A stretch of DNA of 64,000 nt, from assembly GCA_015063725.1 (NCBI GenBank), contig SVTP01000001.1, positions 38,410-102,409 on the forward strand, in the 5' to 3' direction. The notes under the pieces were generated by a model, which had not been told where the DNA came from, did not search any database, and saw only the letters and a program-made list of their open reading frames with translations. Within the stretch, counting starts at the first letter, position 1, and each line of letters starts with the position of its first letter. Both the position numbers and the translations under genes were made by a program. Below, piece by piece: positions 9,597-18,193 of this stretch. Source of the DNA: Oscillospiraceae bacterium. Lineage in GTDB: Bacteria; Bacillota; Clostridia; Oscillospirales; CAG-272.

Positions 9597-9625
9597 TTGC
9601 AATCCCCCCTTAAATCGTTTATAAT
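9597..9625 (+). promoter_or_regulatory. promoter of the TF-like lipoprotein gene: TTGCAA-17-TATAAT
   Basis: TTGCAA at 9597-9602, 17-nt spacer, TATAAT at 9620-9625. Confidence 0.6.
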
Positions 9626-9656
9626 ATAAGTAACAAACATAAGGTAGGTTTTTGAT

Positions 9657-11030
9657 ATGCTCAAAAAATTTTTAGTATTTGTTTTGCTTGCGGCAATGCT
9701 CGCGCTCTCATCCTGTCAGGTGGTTGAGGTTATTGACCACGGAACAACACCGCCACCTGCTGAGACTACCGCTCCACCAAAGGAATATGAGCCTTGGGGA
9801 CTTTGGCATTCTTATTTGACCTCGGGAGCGCTTGAGTTGAAGAAGGATAGCAACAAGGCAACACTATATTACCTCCAAACGGGATATTATGCATACACCA
9901 AAACCATAGAGGTAGACTGCGCGTATGACGGTAATGCCACATTTACCCTCTCGTTTGAAGGCGAGACGGTAACCTTTACCTTTGATAAGTTTGCAAACAC
10001 CCTGAAAACCTCGAATGCAACCTATCTGCATCAGGACAAAGCTCCCACCAAGCATCCCGTATATACCTATCCCGATTACACAAAATGGAATCCGTCCTCT
10101 TATTTGACTCTTGAGGATATTGATTTTACTGCAATCAATACGCTATTTTATGAAGGCGCGCCTTATGAGATCGCCTCGGCGGTTTATGGAAACGTTAAAA
10201 ACTTCCCCCTTTTGGAGAACCCCACCCGTCCTGCAAAAAACGGTGACGTTGTCAATATCGATTATTGCGGCAAATTGAACGGTGTCGCTTTTGAAGGCGG
10301 AACTGCCACGGGCGTACAGCTTTTTGTGTCTGATTATTTCGATACCGGATACATTCCCGGATTTACCAAGGGTATTGCAGGTCACGTAGTGGGTGATACT
10401 TTTGATGTGCCCGTCACTTTCCCTGAGAATTACCACGCAGCTGACCTTGCCGGCAAAGAGGTGGTATTTACCATGACACTCAATGGCATTGGTAATCTTG
10501 TTTTAACCGATGAGCAAGTACAGGAATACAAGGAGAACGACTATACTACCTATGCACAATGGCTGGAAGCTGAAAAGGAAGTCTACGTAAAGCATTTATT
10601 CCAGGAGTCCCTTATAAAAGCTACCAAAACTGTTTCTCCTCTGCCCGAAGAATCCTACCTGTATTTCTATCAAGAAATCCTTGATTATTATCACATGGTA
10701 GCGTATTACAATTCTATCGACTATGAAACACTCGCGTTTTATTACGGATTGAGTGAGACTGTGGTTATGAATGAAGCGGTAAAGCAAACGACTTATAATC
10801 TTGCTCTTTACGCTCTAATGGCAGAAAACGGTCTTGCTTGGAGCGAAGAAGACTTCAATGCAAAATATGATGCTTTGGTAGCTAAGTATTTAGAGGAACA
10901 AAAGAACGCCACCGAGGAAGATGCACGAAAATATGCAGACGGTTTTATTATGCAACTCAAGCATGAATTAACCGAGGAAACTGTCATTGCATGGGCAACG
11001 GAGCAAAGCTTCCCCACCACAACTGAATAA
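9657..11030 (+). CDS. lipoprotein with trigger-factor-like FKBP PPIase and C-terminal domains (exported TF paralogue)
   Basis: Signal peptide with lipobox [26 protein letters not shown]...[39 protein letters not shown] aligns closely with the tig product in this window. Own promoter and terminator. Confidence 0.8.
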   Translation: [457 protein letters not shown]

Positions 11031-11036
11031 AAAACG

Positions 11037-11076
11037 GACGGAAATTTTTGCATTTGTGAAAATTTCCGTCTTTTTT
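11037..11076 (+). terminator. terminator of the TF-like lipoprotein gene
   Basis: GACGGAAATT-N14-AATTTCCGTC followed by TTTTTT. Confidence 0.75.
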
Positions 11077-11110
11077 AGAAAATCTTATCTTTTTTTGCGA
11101 TAAACAACAG

Positions 11111-11139
11111 TTGACAAACGAGTAAAAATGTTGTATAAT
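11111..11139 (+). promoter_or_regulatory. ssrA promoter: TTGACA-17-TATAAT
   Basis: Perfect consensus hexamers at 11111-11116 and 11134-11139, ~18 nt upstream of the mature tmRNA 5' end. Confidence 0.75.
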
Positions 11140-11156
11140 AATTGGGCACACCGTAT

Positions 11157-11548
11157 GGGGGTGCAATGGTTTCGACGGGGACTTTGAAACACGATAAGCG
11201 TGGCGAGCCGGGTAATCTCGTAAACTGCCTAAACTTTTAAAAATAAACGACAACAATTCTGTTGCTATGGCTGCCTAATCTTTACGCATTAGCGTAAAGA
11301 TGGCAGTGCCGTGACCTGCGGGTCACCCGTTCCTCCGATGAGTACCACGGCTTCGGACTGAGCGTCATTTGAGTGGTGCACGTGCATCGGTCTTTCGCAC
11401 TTGAACCGATCATGCATAAAAGGGCTACCGGAAGGCAGAGCGTGTCTGTTCGCGCCGCCCGACGGGAATTTTAAATAACAGACTGTCCACGAAGAAAGTT
11501 GTGTGGATGGGTTTTCGGACAGGAGTTCGATTCTCCTCACTTCCACCA
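11157..11548 (+). ncRNA. ssrA: tmRNA (transfer-messenger RNA)
   Basis: 5' GGGGGUGCAAUGGUUUCGACGGGG pairs with 3' ...GGACAGGAGUUCGAUUCUCCUCACUUCCACCA to give an acceptor stem with G3:U and an encoded CCA. Internal tag frame ends ...AAC GAC AAC AAU UCU GUU GCU AUG GCU GCC UAA (..NDNNSVAMAA*). Consensus promoter upstream and a 20-bp hairpin downstream. Confidence 0.95.
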
Positions 11549-11590
11549 ATAAACAAGAGGAAGGCACATCGTGCCTTCCTCTTGTTTATT
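11548..11590. terminator. ssrA terminator, 20-bp perfect hairpin
   Basis: AATAAACAAGAGGAAGGCAC-ATC-GTGCCTTCCTCTTGTTTATT starts at the CCA end. Its symmetric A/T flanks could also stop minus-strand transcripts from 11771..12925. Confidence 0.8.
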
Positions 11591-11688
11591 GGCTAGAAGA
11601 TTACGGTATCGACTCCTGCTAATTTGCTTGCAAATTAGCATAACGCGCTACTGTGAGTTTCGAATTTTACTGCATTTGATGCGCGTTT

Positions 11689-11709
11689 GAGTTCTGATTC
11701 TCCTCACTC
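11689..11709 (+). repeat. partial copy of the tmRNA 3' end (T-arm region)
   Basis: GAGTTCtGATTCTCCTCACT versus genuine GAGTTCGATTCTCCTCACT (11523-11541). One inserted T, otherwise identical. Confidence 0.85.
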
Positions 11710-11730
11710 TTGCTTTTTCACCGCAGGTTT

Positions 11731-11757
11731 GAGTTCAGATTCTCCTCACTTCCACCA
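11731..11757 (+). repeat. near-complete copy of the tmRNA 3' end including CCA
   Basis: GAGTTCaGATTCTCCTCACTTCCACCA versus genuine GAGTTCGATTCTCCTCACTTCCACCA (11523-11548). One inserted A. Confidence 0.9.
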
Positions 11758-11770
11758 AAACTCCTCACAC

Positions 11771-12925
11771 TTATCCCTTCACCTTGCATTCCAGGGTATC
11801 GGTATTAAGAGCGCGGAGGAAGGCGGTCAAATTATAGACCTTGTATTCTCCAATAAAGTCACCATTATCGATTTCAACAATTTTTCCCTTGTAAGCCATC
11901 AGCTTTTTGGGGACGGGATTGACAATAACAATTTTGAGATTTTGGGAATCGTATCCAAAAGCCGTGACCGTCTCATAACTGTAAATTTTGAGGTCGCGGA
12001 TCTTAAGACTATGGAAAAAGTGCATTTCCCCATTTGGATGGATCGCCATTGGCAGCCCCCTTTTGGGAGCCGCGATCAACTTGCAGGAGTAGGTTGTATT
12101 CCCTTTGGTAAGCGAAAAGCTTTCTCCCTCGCAAGGAGTGAAGATAGAGCGATAAGGGTGCTTGATGTCAGAGACGCTATATCCCATTTGTGCAGAGGAT
12201 TCTTTGATTTGCTTGATTGCCTTTTTGCGAATGCTAAGCGCACGCAAAGGAGCGAACAAAACAAGAAAAAGAATCAAGATGACCACCAAAACAAACGTTG
12301 CAGGCGTCATAAAAAGCCATATAGCCTTAAAAGTAAGCGGTATGTACGCCAACATTGGCACAAGGACCGCGATCAGCACAGGGGCAAACAAGTAAATTGC
12401 CATTGTGTAGATAAAACTGCTTGCTTTGGTTTTCCCGTTCTCATATTTGCGCCACTTTCCCTCTTTTTGCCAGAGGTTGACGGTTGCAAGATGTGCTAAA
12501 AGGTTGATCAGCAAAAGCACCGGAAGAAATACCGCAAGGATTTTGAGTTTCTCAACGGTTTGAAAAATATCAAAATAAATCTCTGCCAGTTGCGGCTGCG
12601 TCAGCTCGATGGGAAACGCCAAAAACGGCAACACAAGTGCTGCGGATTCTACCCAAAACGACCAATGGGTAAAGAGGAACGCAAGGTTTGAAAAGAAGGA
12701 TTTTTGCGGCTTCTTTTCCAAAAAACTCTCGAAGAGCGGCTTGCAATAAATGGCTTTGAGACGAATAAAGGAATAGTAATACAAAACGGCTACACAGAGC
12801 GGAATATATTGCAATTCGAGCTCTCGCCAATCAATTGCTCCGTACCAAACGGTCGGCAACCAAACAACACCCGCAACCAACGTCAAAAGCCAAATAGCGT
12901 AGGAAAGATATCGATTGATTTTCAC
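11771..12925 (-). CDS. multi-pass membrane protein with ~150-aa soluble C-terminal domain, unknown function
   Basis: 384 aa. GTG start with GGAGG RBS 9 nt upstream. Perfect TTGACA-17-TATAAT promoter at 12956-12984. Several hydrophobic helices. Abuts the duplicated tmRNA 3' ends. Confidence 0.7.
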   Translation of the reverse strand: MKINRYLSYAIWLLTLVAGVVWLPTVWYGAIDWRELELQYIPLCVAVLYYYSFIRLKAIYCKPLFESFLEKKPQKSFFSNLAFLFTHWSFWVESAALVLPFLAFPIELTQPQLAEIYFDIFQTVEKLKILAVFLPVLLLINLLAHLATVNLWQKEGKWRKYENGKTKASSFIYTMAIYLFAPVLIAVLVPMLAYIPLTFKAIWLFMTPATFVLVVILILFLVLFAPLRALSIRKKAIKQIKESSAQMGYSVSDIKHPYRSIFTPCEGESFSLTKGNTTYSCKLIAAPKRGLPMAIHPNGEMHFFHSLKIRDLKIYSYETVTAFGYDSQNLKIVIVNPVPKKLMAYKGKIVEIDNGDFIGEYKVYNLTAFLRALNTDTLECKVKG

Positions 12926-12955
12926 AGTCTTTTACCTCCGTTATTCTCTTTCTCC

Positions 12956-12984
12956 ATTATAAACCGTGCGGGGCGCCTTGTCAA
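12956..12984 (-). promoter_or_regulatory. promoter of the orphan membrane protein gene: TTGACA-17-TATAAT
   Basis: Minus strand: TTGACA (12984..12979), 17-nt spacer, TATAAT (12961..12956). Confidence 0.65.
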
Positions 12985-13021
12985 TCAACTGCTGGTTGTA
13001 AGACCTATACGCTTGTTTGTA

Positions 13022-14962
13022 TCAGGTATCGAATTTGGGATGATTCAGGAGCAGATTGATAAAGAGTCCTCCAAGTACGGAACGTGCCTGGAAGCCGATC
13101 TGACGGGCGTTGACGGTATCGTACCAGTCGGTCATGGGAACGCGGTCAAGAGAGTCACGCGTCATGTTGGTCATCGACTTGTAGACGGCTTTGGTGTATT
13201 CGGGAACATCTGCCATAACAGTCGTCCAAGCCATCCAGTCAAGCTTGGTGTAGGTTGCGCGGCAGTCAAGCGGCACGCCGTATTCGTTCATTTTTTCGGC
13301 ATAAACCGAGATCTCCTCGCGTGCAACATCCTCGCCAAAGAGTCCAAGACCAAGGAGACGGTCCCAAACCATATTGTATTTCATGCTCCAGGTATCGTCG
13401 CGGTCAAAGGTCAGGCGCCAGCCGTTTCCATCTTGCTTTTTGGCGTCAAGCTTCCAACGTGCTGCCATATCCTTGGCAATGGCGGTGTACTTCTCTTCTC
13501 CAAAGAGCTGACCGAATGCGCCGAGTGCCACGATCGCCTTGATGCTGAGGTTGCAGTTTTGGGCAAGGTGACCTGCAAAGTCATCGGTGCAGAGCTGATT
13601 CTCGGGATTGTAGCCGTACTCAACGAGATAATCTGCCCATGCCTGTAAAATCTCTCTGTTTTCATCTGCCAAGGAGCGGTCACCGTCGGCGCGAGTGGCG
13701 GCGGCAACTGTCAGGATCGCGTTTCCGCATTCCTCAACGGGCATTTGATATTTGAGCTCGTTGTTGCCATAAACCTGACCGTTGCAAAGCGGATACTGTC
13801 CGCAGTCGTGCGGTGCAAAGGGATGAGGCCATGCCTCACTCTTGGCGTAATCGAAGATGGGGCGCATCATGCCGCGTACCAGCTCGGGATTGTAAATGAG
13901 ATAGAGCGGAATGGAAGGATAGGTAACGTCGAGCGTTGCCATGCACCCGTTAGAGAAGTTCTCCTTGGAGAAAAACATCATCTTGCCATCAATCTCACAG
14001 AGCTTGTGTGCCGCAACCGTTTGGCGGTAAGCAAGTGCACCAAGCTTTGCGTATTCGGGGGAAACCTTTTTCATCTTTTTGATGAGTTCCCTATCAAATT
14101 TGTCGCAAGCTGCACGCAATTCATACGCTTCCGCAACGGCAGCTTTGAGCATGGTATCAAAATCACCGTAAACAGTCTTATAGTAAGCATCTATATCACG
14201 GTGGAAGTATTGGATCGATTTGATATCATCGTATGCGAGCACAAATACGTCGGAGAGCTTTTCCGAAGTTGCGCGAAGGAGCGGAACGGTGTAGAATTTA
14301 ACGGGTTGTGTCAGGTCTGCGTCACTTCTCCATGGGTGAACGGTAAACTCGGAAATGCGATTGTTGAGCACGCCAAGGTTTGCATTGGGATGCACAAGGT
14401 GCAAATATCCCCAATCGATGCGAACGTTATCTCCTGAACGATTGAGAGGCTTTTGCTCGTGGTTGCCCATCCAAACGTGACCTTCCTTTTGGAAGCAATC
14501 AATCTCTTTGACGCAAGCACCGTCGCCGCAAAGGTAGGATGCGGCATCAAAGTATACGCTGAAGGTATGCCCTTCCTCACGAGGCGTAATATCGTAAAAG
14601 ATGTAGGAAACGGGGCGCGAGAATACCTCGGGGCGATCCAGCAAAAGAGGTGTCAGGAAGGTGACGCGAAGCTCGCATGCGGGATGTGTGAAGGTGTAAA
14701 CGGTGGACATGGGGTTAACGGTAACATCGGTCTGCTCCAGCGCGTTTCCTTCTGGAAAATAGCGATCGGTAACGGCAGTTTTGCCCATAAAACGGTACTT
14801 TTTGCCGTCGATCGTAATAAAACCGAACATAGATTGCAGCATGCCCGTCCAATGGCGGGTGTGATCGTCGGTCAGTTTATCGGTAAAGCTCCAAATGCTA
14901 AAATAAGGATCGTTTGCCACAAGCGGAATTGCCGTGGGGCGAAATTTTGTCGTTTTTTTCAT
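13022..14962 (-). CDS. glutaminase-A-like / DUF4965-DUF1793 family protein (probable glycoside-hydrolase-like enzyme)
   Basis: 646 aa. The N-terminus PLVANDPYFSIWSFTDKLTDDHTRHWTG...DGKKYRFMG matches the family annotated as glutaminase/DUF4965, as I remember it. No signal peptide. RBS GGAGA. Confidence 0.7.
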   Translation of the reverse strand: MKKTTKFRPTAIPLVANDPYFSIWSFTDKLTDDHTRHWTGMLQSMFGFITIDGKKYRFMGKTAVTDRYFPEGNALEQTDVTVNPMSTVYTFTHPACELRVTFLTPLLLDRPEVFSRPVSYIFYDITPREEGHTFSVYFDAASYLCGDGACVKEIDCFQKEGHVWMGNHEQKPLNRSGDNVRIDWGYLHLVHPNANLGVLNNRISEFTVHPWRSDADLTQPVKFYTVPLLRATSEKLSDVFVLAYDDIKSIQYFHRDIDAYYKTVYGDFDTMLKAAVAEAYELRAACDKFDRELIKKMKKVSPEYAKLGALAYRQTVAAHKLCEIDGKMMFFSKENFSNGCMATLDVTYPSIPLYLIYNPELVRGMMRPIFDYAKSEAWPHPFAPHDCGQYPLCNGQVYGNNELKYQMPVEECGNAILTVAAATRADGDRSLADENREILQAWADYLVEYGYNPENQLCTDDFAGHLAQNCNLSIKAIVALGAFGQLFGEEKYTAIAKDMAARWKLDAKKQDGNGWRLTFDRDDTWSMKYNMVWDRLLGLGLFGEDVAREEISVYAEKMNEYGVPLDCRATYTKLDWMAWTTVMADVPEYTKAVYKSMTNMTRDSLDRVPMTDWYDTVNARQIGFQARSVLGGLFINLLLNHPKFDT

Positions 14963-15016
14963 AGTTGTCTCCTCTTCTCTTTCGTAGAAAATGGATAAAT
15001 CATATAAGGTTGCAAA

Positions 15017-15061
15017 ATGGGCACGAAGTCGGAAAATGCTTTTTCGGATCTACGTGCCCAT
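15017..15061 (-). terminator. hairpin downstream of the decarboxylase operon
   Basis: ATGGGCACG-N27-CGTGCCCAT with an inner 7-bp helix. It lies 22 nt after the stop of 15083..16480. Confidence 0.4.
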
Positions 15062-15082
15062 CTTTTTACGGACTATTTTGTA

Positions 15083-16480
15083 TTAGATGGAATGAATGCC
15101 GTTTGCTTTATCAGCGTGCTCGGTATCAATTCCGTATTTTTTTGCCTTGCGGTACTCAAAGAACTTTTTGGATACCTCCGGGAACAATGCATAGGAAAGG
15201 ACGTCCTCATCCTGCTCAAGATACTGTGCGATCTCGCTTCTGAGTTGTTCAAGCTCGGGCTTGAGCGCATCTGCGGGACGGTAGTCGATGGGCTTTTCGT
15301 CACCGATGATCTTCTTGGTGAAAGCAGGATCGATCGCCACGGGCGTTTTACCGTAGTCACCGCGAACAATGCCTTTAAATTCCTTGGTAACGGTCTTGTA
15401 TCGCTCGCCCATAATGACGTTAAATACTGCCTGCGTACCAACGATCTGGGAGGAAGGCGTTACCAAAGGAGGATAACCGACGTCTGCGCGTACACGCGGA
15501 ACTTCCTCAAGAACCTCGGTCAGCTTATCGGACTTGCCTGCCTGTGCGAGCTGGCTCATCAGGTTGGAAAGCATACCGCCGGGAACCTGATAAACAAGCG
15601 CGTTTACGTCAACCTTAAGTGCTTTGGGGTTGAGCAATCCGCTTGCAAGATATTTTTCACGCAGAGGTGTAAAGTGCTTGGTGATCTTATCAAGATCGCC
15701 AAGGTTGATACCGGTATCGTAAGGCGTGCCTGCAAGAGCTGCGACCATTGCCTCGGTAGGCGGTTGAGAGGTACCCATAGCCATAGGCGAGATAGCGGTG
15801 TCAATCACATCAACACCTGCTTCAACGGCTTTCATCAGCGTCATAGAAGCCAAGCCTGCGGTATAGTGGGTGTGCAGTTGTACAGGAACCTTAACCGACT
15901 CCTTGATGGTCTTGACAAGGTCGTAAGCATCATAGGGCTTGAGAAGGCCTGCCATATCCTTGATACAAATGGAATCAGCGCCCATTTCCTCAAGCTGTTT
16001 GGCATACTTAGAGTAATACTCCATGGTATAAACAGGACCTGTGGTATAAGAGAACGCCGCTTGCACGTGTCCGCCTTCTTTTTTGGTTGCATTGATAGCG
16101 GTTCTCAAGTTACGGGGGTCGTTGAGCGCATCAAAGATACGAATAATATCAATACCGTTTGCAAGAGATTTTTGTACGAAATATTCTACAACGTCATCGG
16201 AATAGTGACGGTAGCCGAGGATGTTTTGACCGCGGAAAAGCATTTGCAATTTGGTGTTTTTAACCTTATCGCGAATGGCACGCAGTCTTTCCCAAGGATC
16301 CTCGTTAAGGAAACGCATGCAAGCGTCAAAGGTTGCACCGCCCCACGCCTCAAGGGAGTGGTAGCCAACCTTATCCATCTGCTCGAGAATAGGAAGCATC
16401 TCGGCAGTGGTCATACGGGTTGCAATCAGCGACTGATGGGAGTCGCGAAGCACTGTTTCTGTAATTTTTACTTTAGCCAT
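15083..16480 (-). CDS. oxaloacetate decarboxylase alpha / pyruvate carboxyltransferase (5S-type) subunit, without biotinyl domain
   Basis: 465 aa. ITETVLRDSHQSLIATRM...GYHSLEAWGGATFD is the HMGL-like carboxyltransferase domain. Last gene of the decarboxylase operon. Confidence 0.9.
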   Translation of the reverse strand: MAKVKITETVLRDSHQSLIATRMTTAEMLPILEQMDKVGYHSLEAWGGATFDACMRFLNEDPWERLRAIRDKVKNTKLQMLFRGQNILGYRHYSDDVVEYFVQKSLANGIDIIRIFDALNDPRNLRTAINATKKEGGHVQAAFSYTTGPVYTMEYYSKYAKQLEEMGADSICIKDMAGLLKPYDAYDLVKTIKESVKVPVQLHTHYTAGLASMTLMKAVEAGVDVIDTAISPMAMGTSQPPTEAMVAALAGTPYDTGINLGDLDKITKHFTPLREKYLASGLLNPKALKVDVNALVYQVPGGMLSNLMSQLAQAGKSDKLTEVLEEVPRVRADVGYPPLVTPSSQIVGTQAVFNVIMGERYKTVTKEFKGIVRGDYGKTPVAIDPAFTKKIIGDEKPIDYRPADALKPELEQLRSEIAQYLEQDEDVLSYALFPEVSKKFFEYRKAKKYGIDTEHADKANGIHSI

Positions 16481-16504
16481 TGTTTTACTCCTATCAGTTT
16501 AAAA

Positions 16505-17695
16505 TTAGCCAATGCAGGCAAGAAGAACACCTGCGGCTACGGCAGAACCAATAACGCCTGCCACGTTGGGTCCCATTGCGTGCATGAGAAGGAAGTTAGA
16601 AGGATCTGCCTTCTGTCCCTCTGCCTGTGCTACACGCGCCGCCATAGGAACGGCGGATACGCCTGCAGAGCCGATAAGGGGATTGATCTTGCCGCCTGTA
16701 AGCTTGTTCATGATCTTTGCCGTAATCAAGCCGCCGATGGTAGAAATGGCAAATGCGGTAAGACCAAGCGCAATGATTTTCAGGGTATTCCAATCCAAAA
16801 AGCTTTCGGCAGTGGCAGTTGCGCCAACAGATATGCCAAGGCATACGGTAACGGCATTCATCAGTCCGTTTTGCACGGTTTTGGAAAGGCGGTCGGTAAC
16901 ACCGCAAACATTGAGAATGTTACCAAACATCAAGCAACCGATCAGGGAAAGTGCCGAAGGCACGATCATACCTACAACCACGGTTACCATTACGGGGAAA
17001 ATCATTTTTTCCAGCTTAGAAACAGGGCGAAGCGCGGTCATCTTGATCTTTCTTTCCTTTTCTGTGGTCAAAAGACGCATAAGAGGCGGTTGGATCATTG
17101 GAATAAGCGCCATATAAGAATATGCTGCTATGGCAATTGCACCAAGAAGTGCAGGAGCCAAGGTTTTGGTAACATAGATAGCCGTAGGACCGTCTGCACC
17201 GCCGATGATACCGATGGAAGCCGCCTCGGCTACAGTAAAACCGAGAAAAACAGCGCCGGAAAAAGCAACGAAAACACCAAACTGTGCGCCCGCACCAATG
17301 AGCAGGCTTTTGGGGTTAGAAATAAGGGGGGTAAAATCTGTCATGGCACCGATGCCAATAAAAATCAGGCAAGGATACAGACCGGTTTTAACGCCGATGT
17401 AGAGGATGTCAAGCAACTCGCCCTTGTTCAGTATGTGAAGGTAATCAATGGTCCCCTCCGTCATATACCATTCGGAGTGGAAAAGCTCAACACCCGGAAT
17501 ATTTGTTAAAAGCATTCCTACGGCAATTGGGAGAAGCAACAGGGGCTCAAACCCACGGCCGATGGCAAGGTAGATCAGCACACCTGCGATGGCGATCATG
17601 ATGAGCGTTTTTACCGCCCCTTCCCAACCGTTTTCAAACAGCCGTGCGGCACCCGTGTCATTCAGAAATCTTTCAACGCTTTGAAGCAAATGCAT
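16505..17695 (-). CDS. sodium-ion-translocating decarboxylase beta subunit (OadB/MmdB/GcdB family)
   Basis: 396-aa polytopic membrane protein. GFEPLLLLPIAVGMLLTNIPG and IGGADGPTAIY are typical of the Na+ pump beta subunit. Confidence 0.9.
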   Translation of the reverse strand: MHLLQSVERFLNDTGAARLFENGWEGAVKTLIMIAIAGVLIYLAIGRGFEPLLLLPIAVGMLLTNIPGVELFHSEWYMTEGTIDYLHILNKGELLDILYIGVKTGLYPCLIFIGIGAMTDFTPLISNPKSLLIGAGAQFGVFVAFSGAVFLGFTVAEAASIGIIGGADGPTAIYVTKTLAPALLGAIAIAAYSYMALIPMIQPPLMRLLTTEKERKIKMTALRPVSKLEKMIFPVMVTVVVGMIVPSALSLIGCLMFGNILNVCGVTDRLSKTVQNGLMNAVTVCLGISVGATATAESFLDWNTLKIIALGLTAFAISTIGGLITAKIMNKLTGGKINPLIGSAGVSAVPMAARVAQAEGQKADPSNFLLMHAMGPNVAGVIGSAVAAGVLLACIG

Positions 17696-17746
17696 AAGAC
17701 TGTTTCCTTTCTGTAAAATTCAAAAAACGGAATTCTTCAAAAAGGA

Positions 17747-18142
17747 TTAGTTCATGGTAACAAGAACTGCATCGGTAGCAACAGATGCGCCTTGGGTTGC
17801 CTCAACAGATGCTACAACACCGTCTGCGGGAGCCATGATGTCGTTTTCCATCTTCATAGCCTCAAGAACGCAGAGGACGTCACCCTTCTTAACGGTGTCG
17901 CCAACCTTTACGTTGACCTTAATGATGGTGCCGGGCATGGGAGCTTTGATCGCATTTGCGCCTGCCTTGCCGGCGGGTGCAGCGGGAGCTGCTACGGGAG
18001 CGGGAGCAGCGGCTACGGGTGCAGGAGCTGCTACAGGAACAGGTGCTGCTGCGGGAGCAACGTAAGGAACCTGTACGCCATTGACTTCTTCAACTACTAC
18101 ATCATATACAACGCCATTTACAGTTACACGATAGTTTTTCAT
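17747..18142 (-). CDS. biotin carboxyl carrier protein of the decarboxylase
   Basis: 131 aa. Ala/Pro-rich linker followed by the biotinyl domain with the EAMKMEN attachment motif. Confidence 0.9.
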   Translation of the reverse strand: MKNYRVTVNGVVYDVVVEEVNGVQVPYVAPAAAPVPVAAPAPVAAAPAPVAAPAAPAGKAGANAIKAPMPGTIIKVNVKVGDTVKKGDVLCVLEAMKMENDIMAPADGVVASVEATQGASVATDAVLVTMN

Positions 18143-18193
18143 AATATTTTACCTTTAACCTTTCAAAATTAAGTTTTGTAGTTTGATGGGAGA

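Noticed and set aside
8542-9624. A 360-aa plus-strand ORF overlapping the Cys-rich gene. This raised the question of which strand is coding.
   Set aside because: The minus-strand frame has a canonical RBS-ATG, a downstream terminator and a structured-looking product. The plus-strand ORF has no RBS and runs through the promoter of the next gene.
11687-12499. A 270-aa plus-strand ORF beginning MSSDSPHS…LSSDSPH.
   Set aside because: Its repeated N-terminus is simply the translation of the duplicated tmRNA 3'-end copies, and the rest is antisense to the membrane protein gene. The ORF 11289..11567 (-) likewise lies inside the tmRNA gene.
15017-17509. An 830-aa plus-strand ORF spanning two genes' worth of sequence.
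   Set aside because: It is exactly antisense to the well-recognised 5S carboxyltransferase and Na+-pump beta genes. Its translation is low-complexity (R/C/H/G-rich) with no RBS or recognisable motif. Long stop-free antisense frames are expected opposite strongly codon-biased genes.
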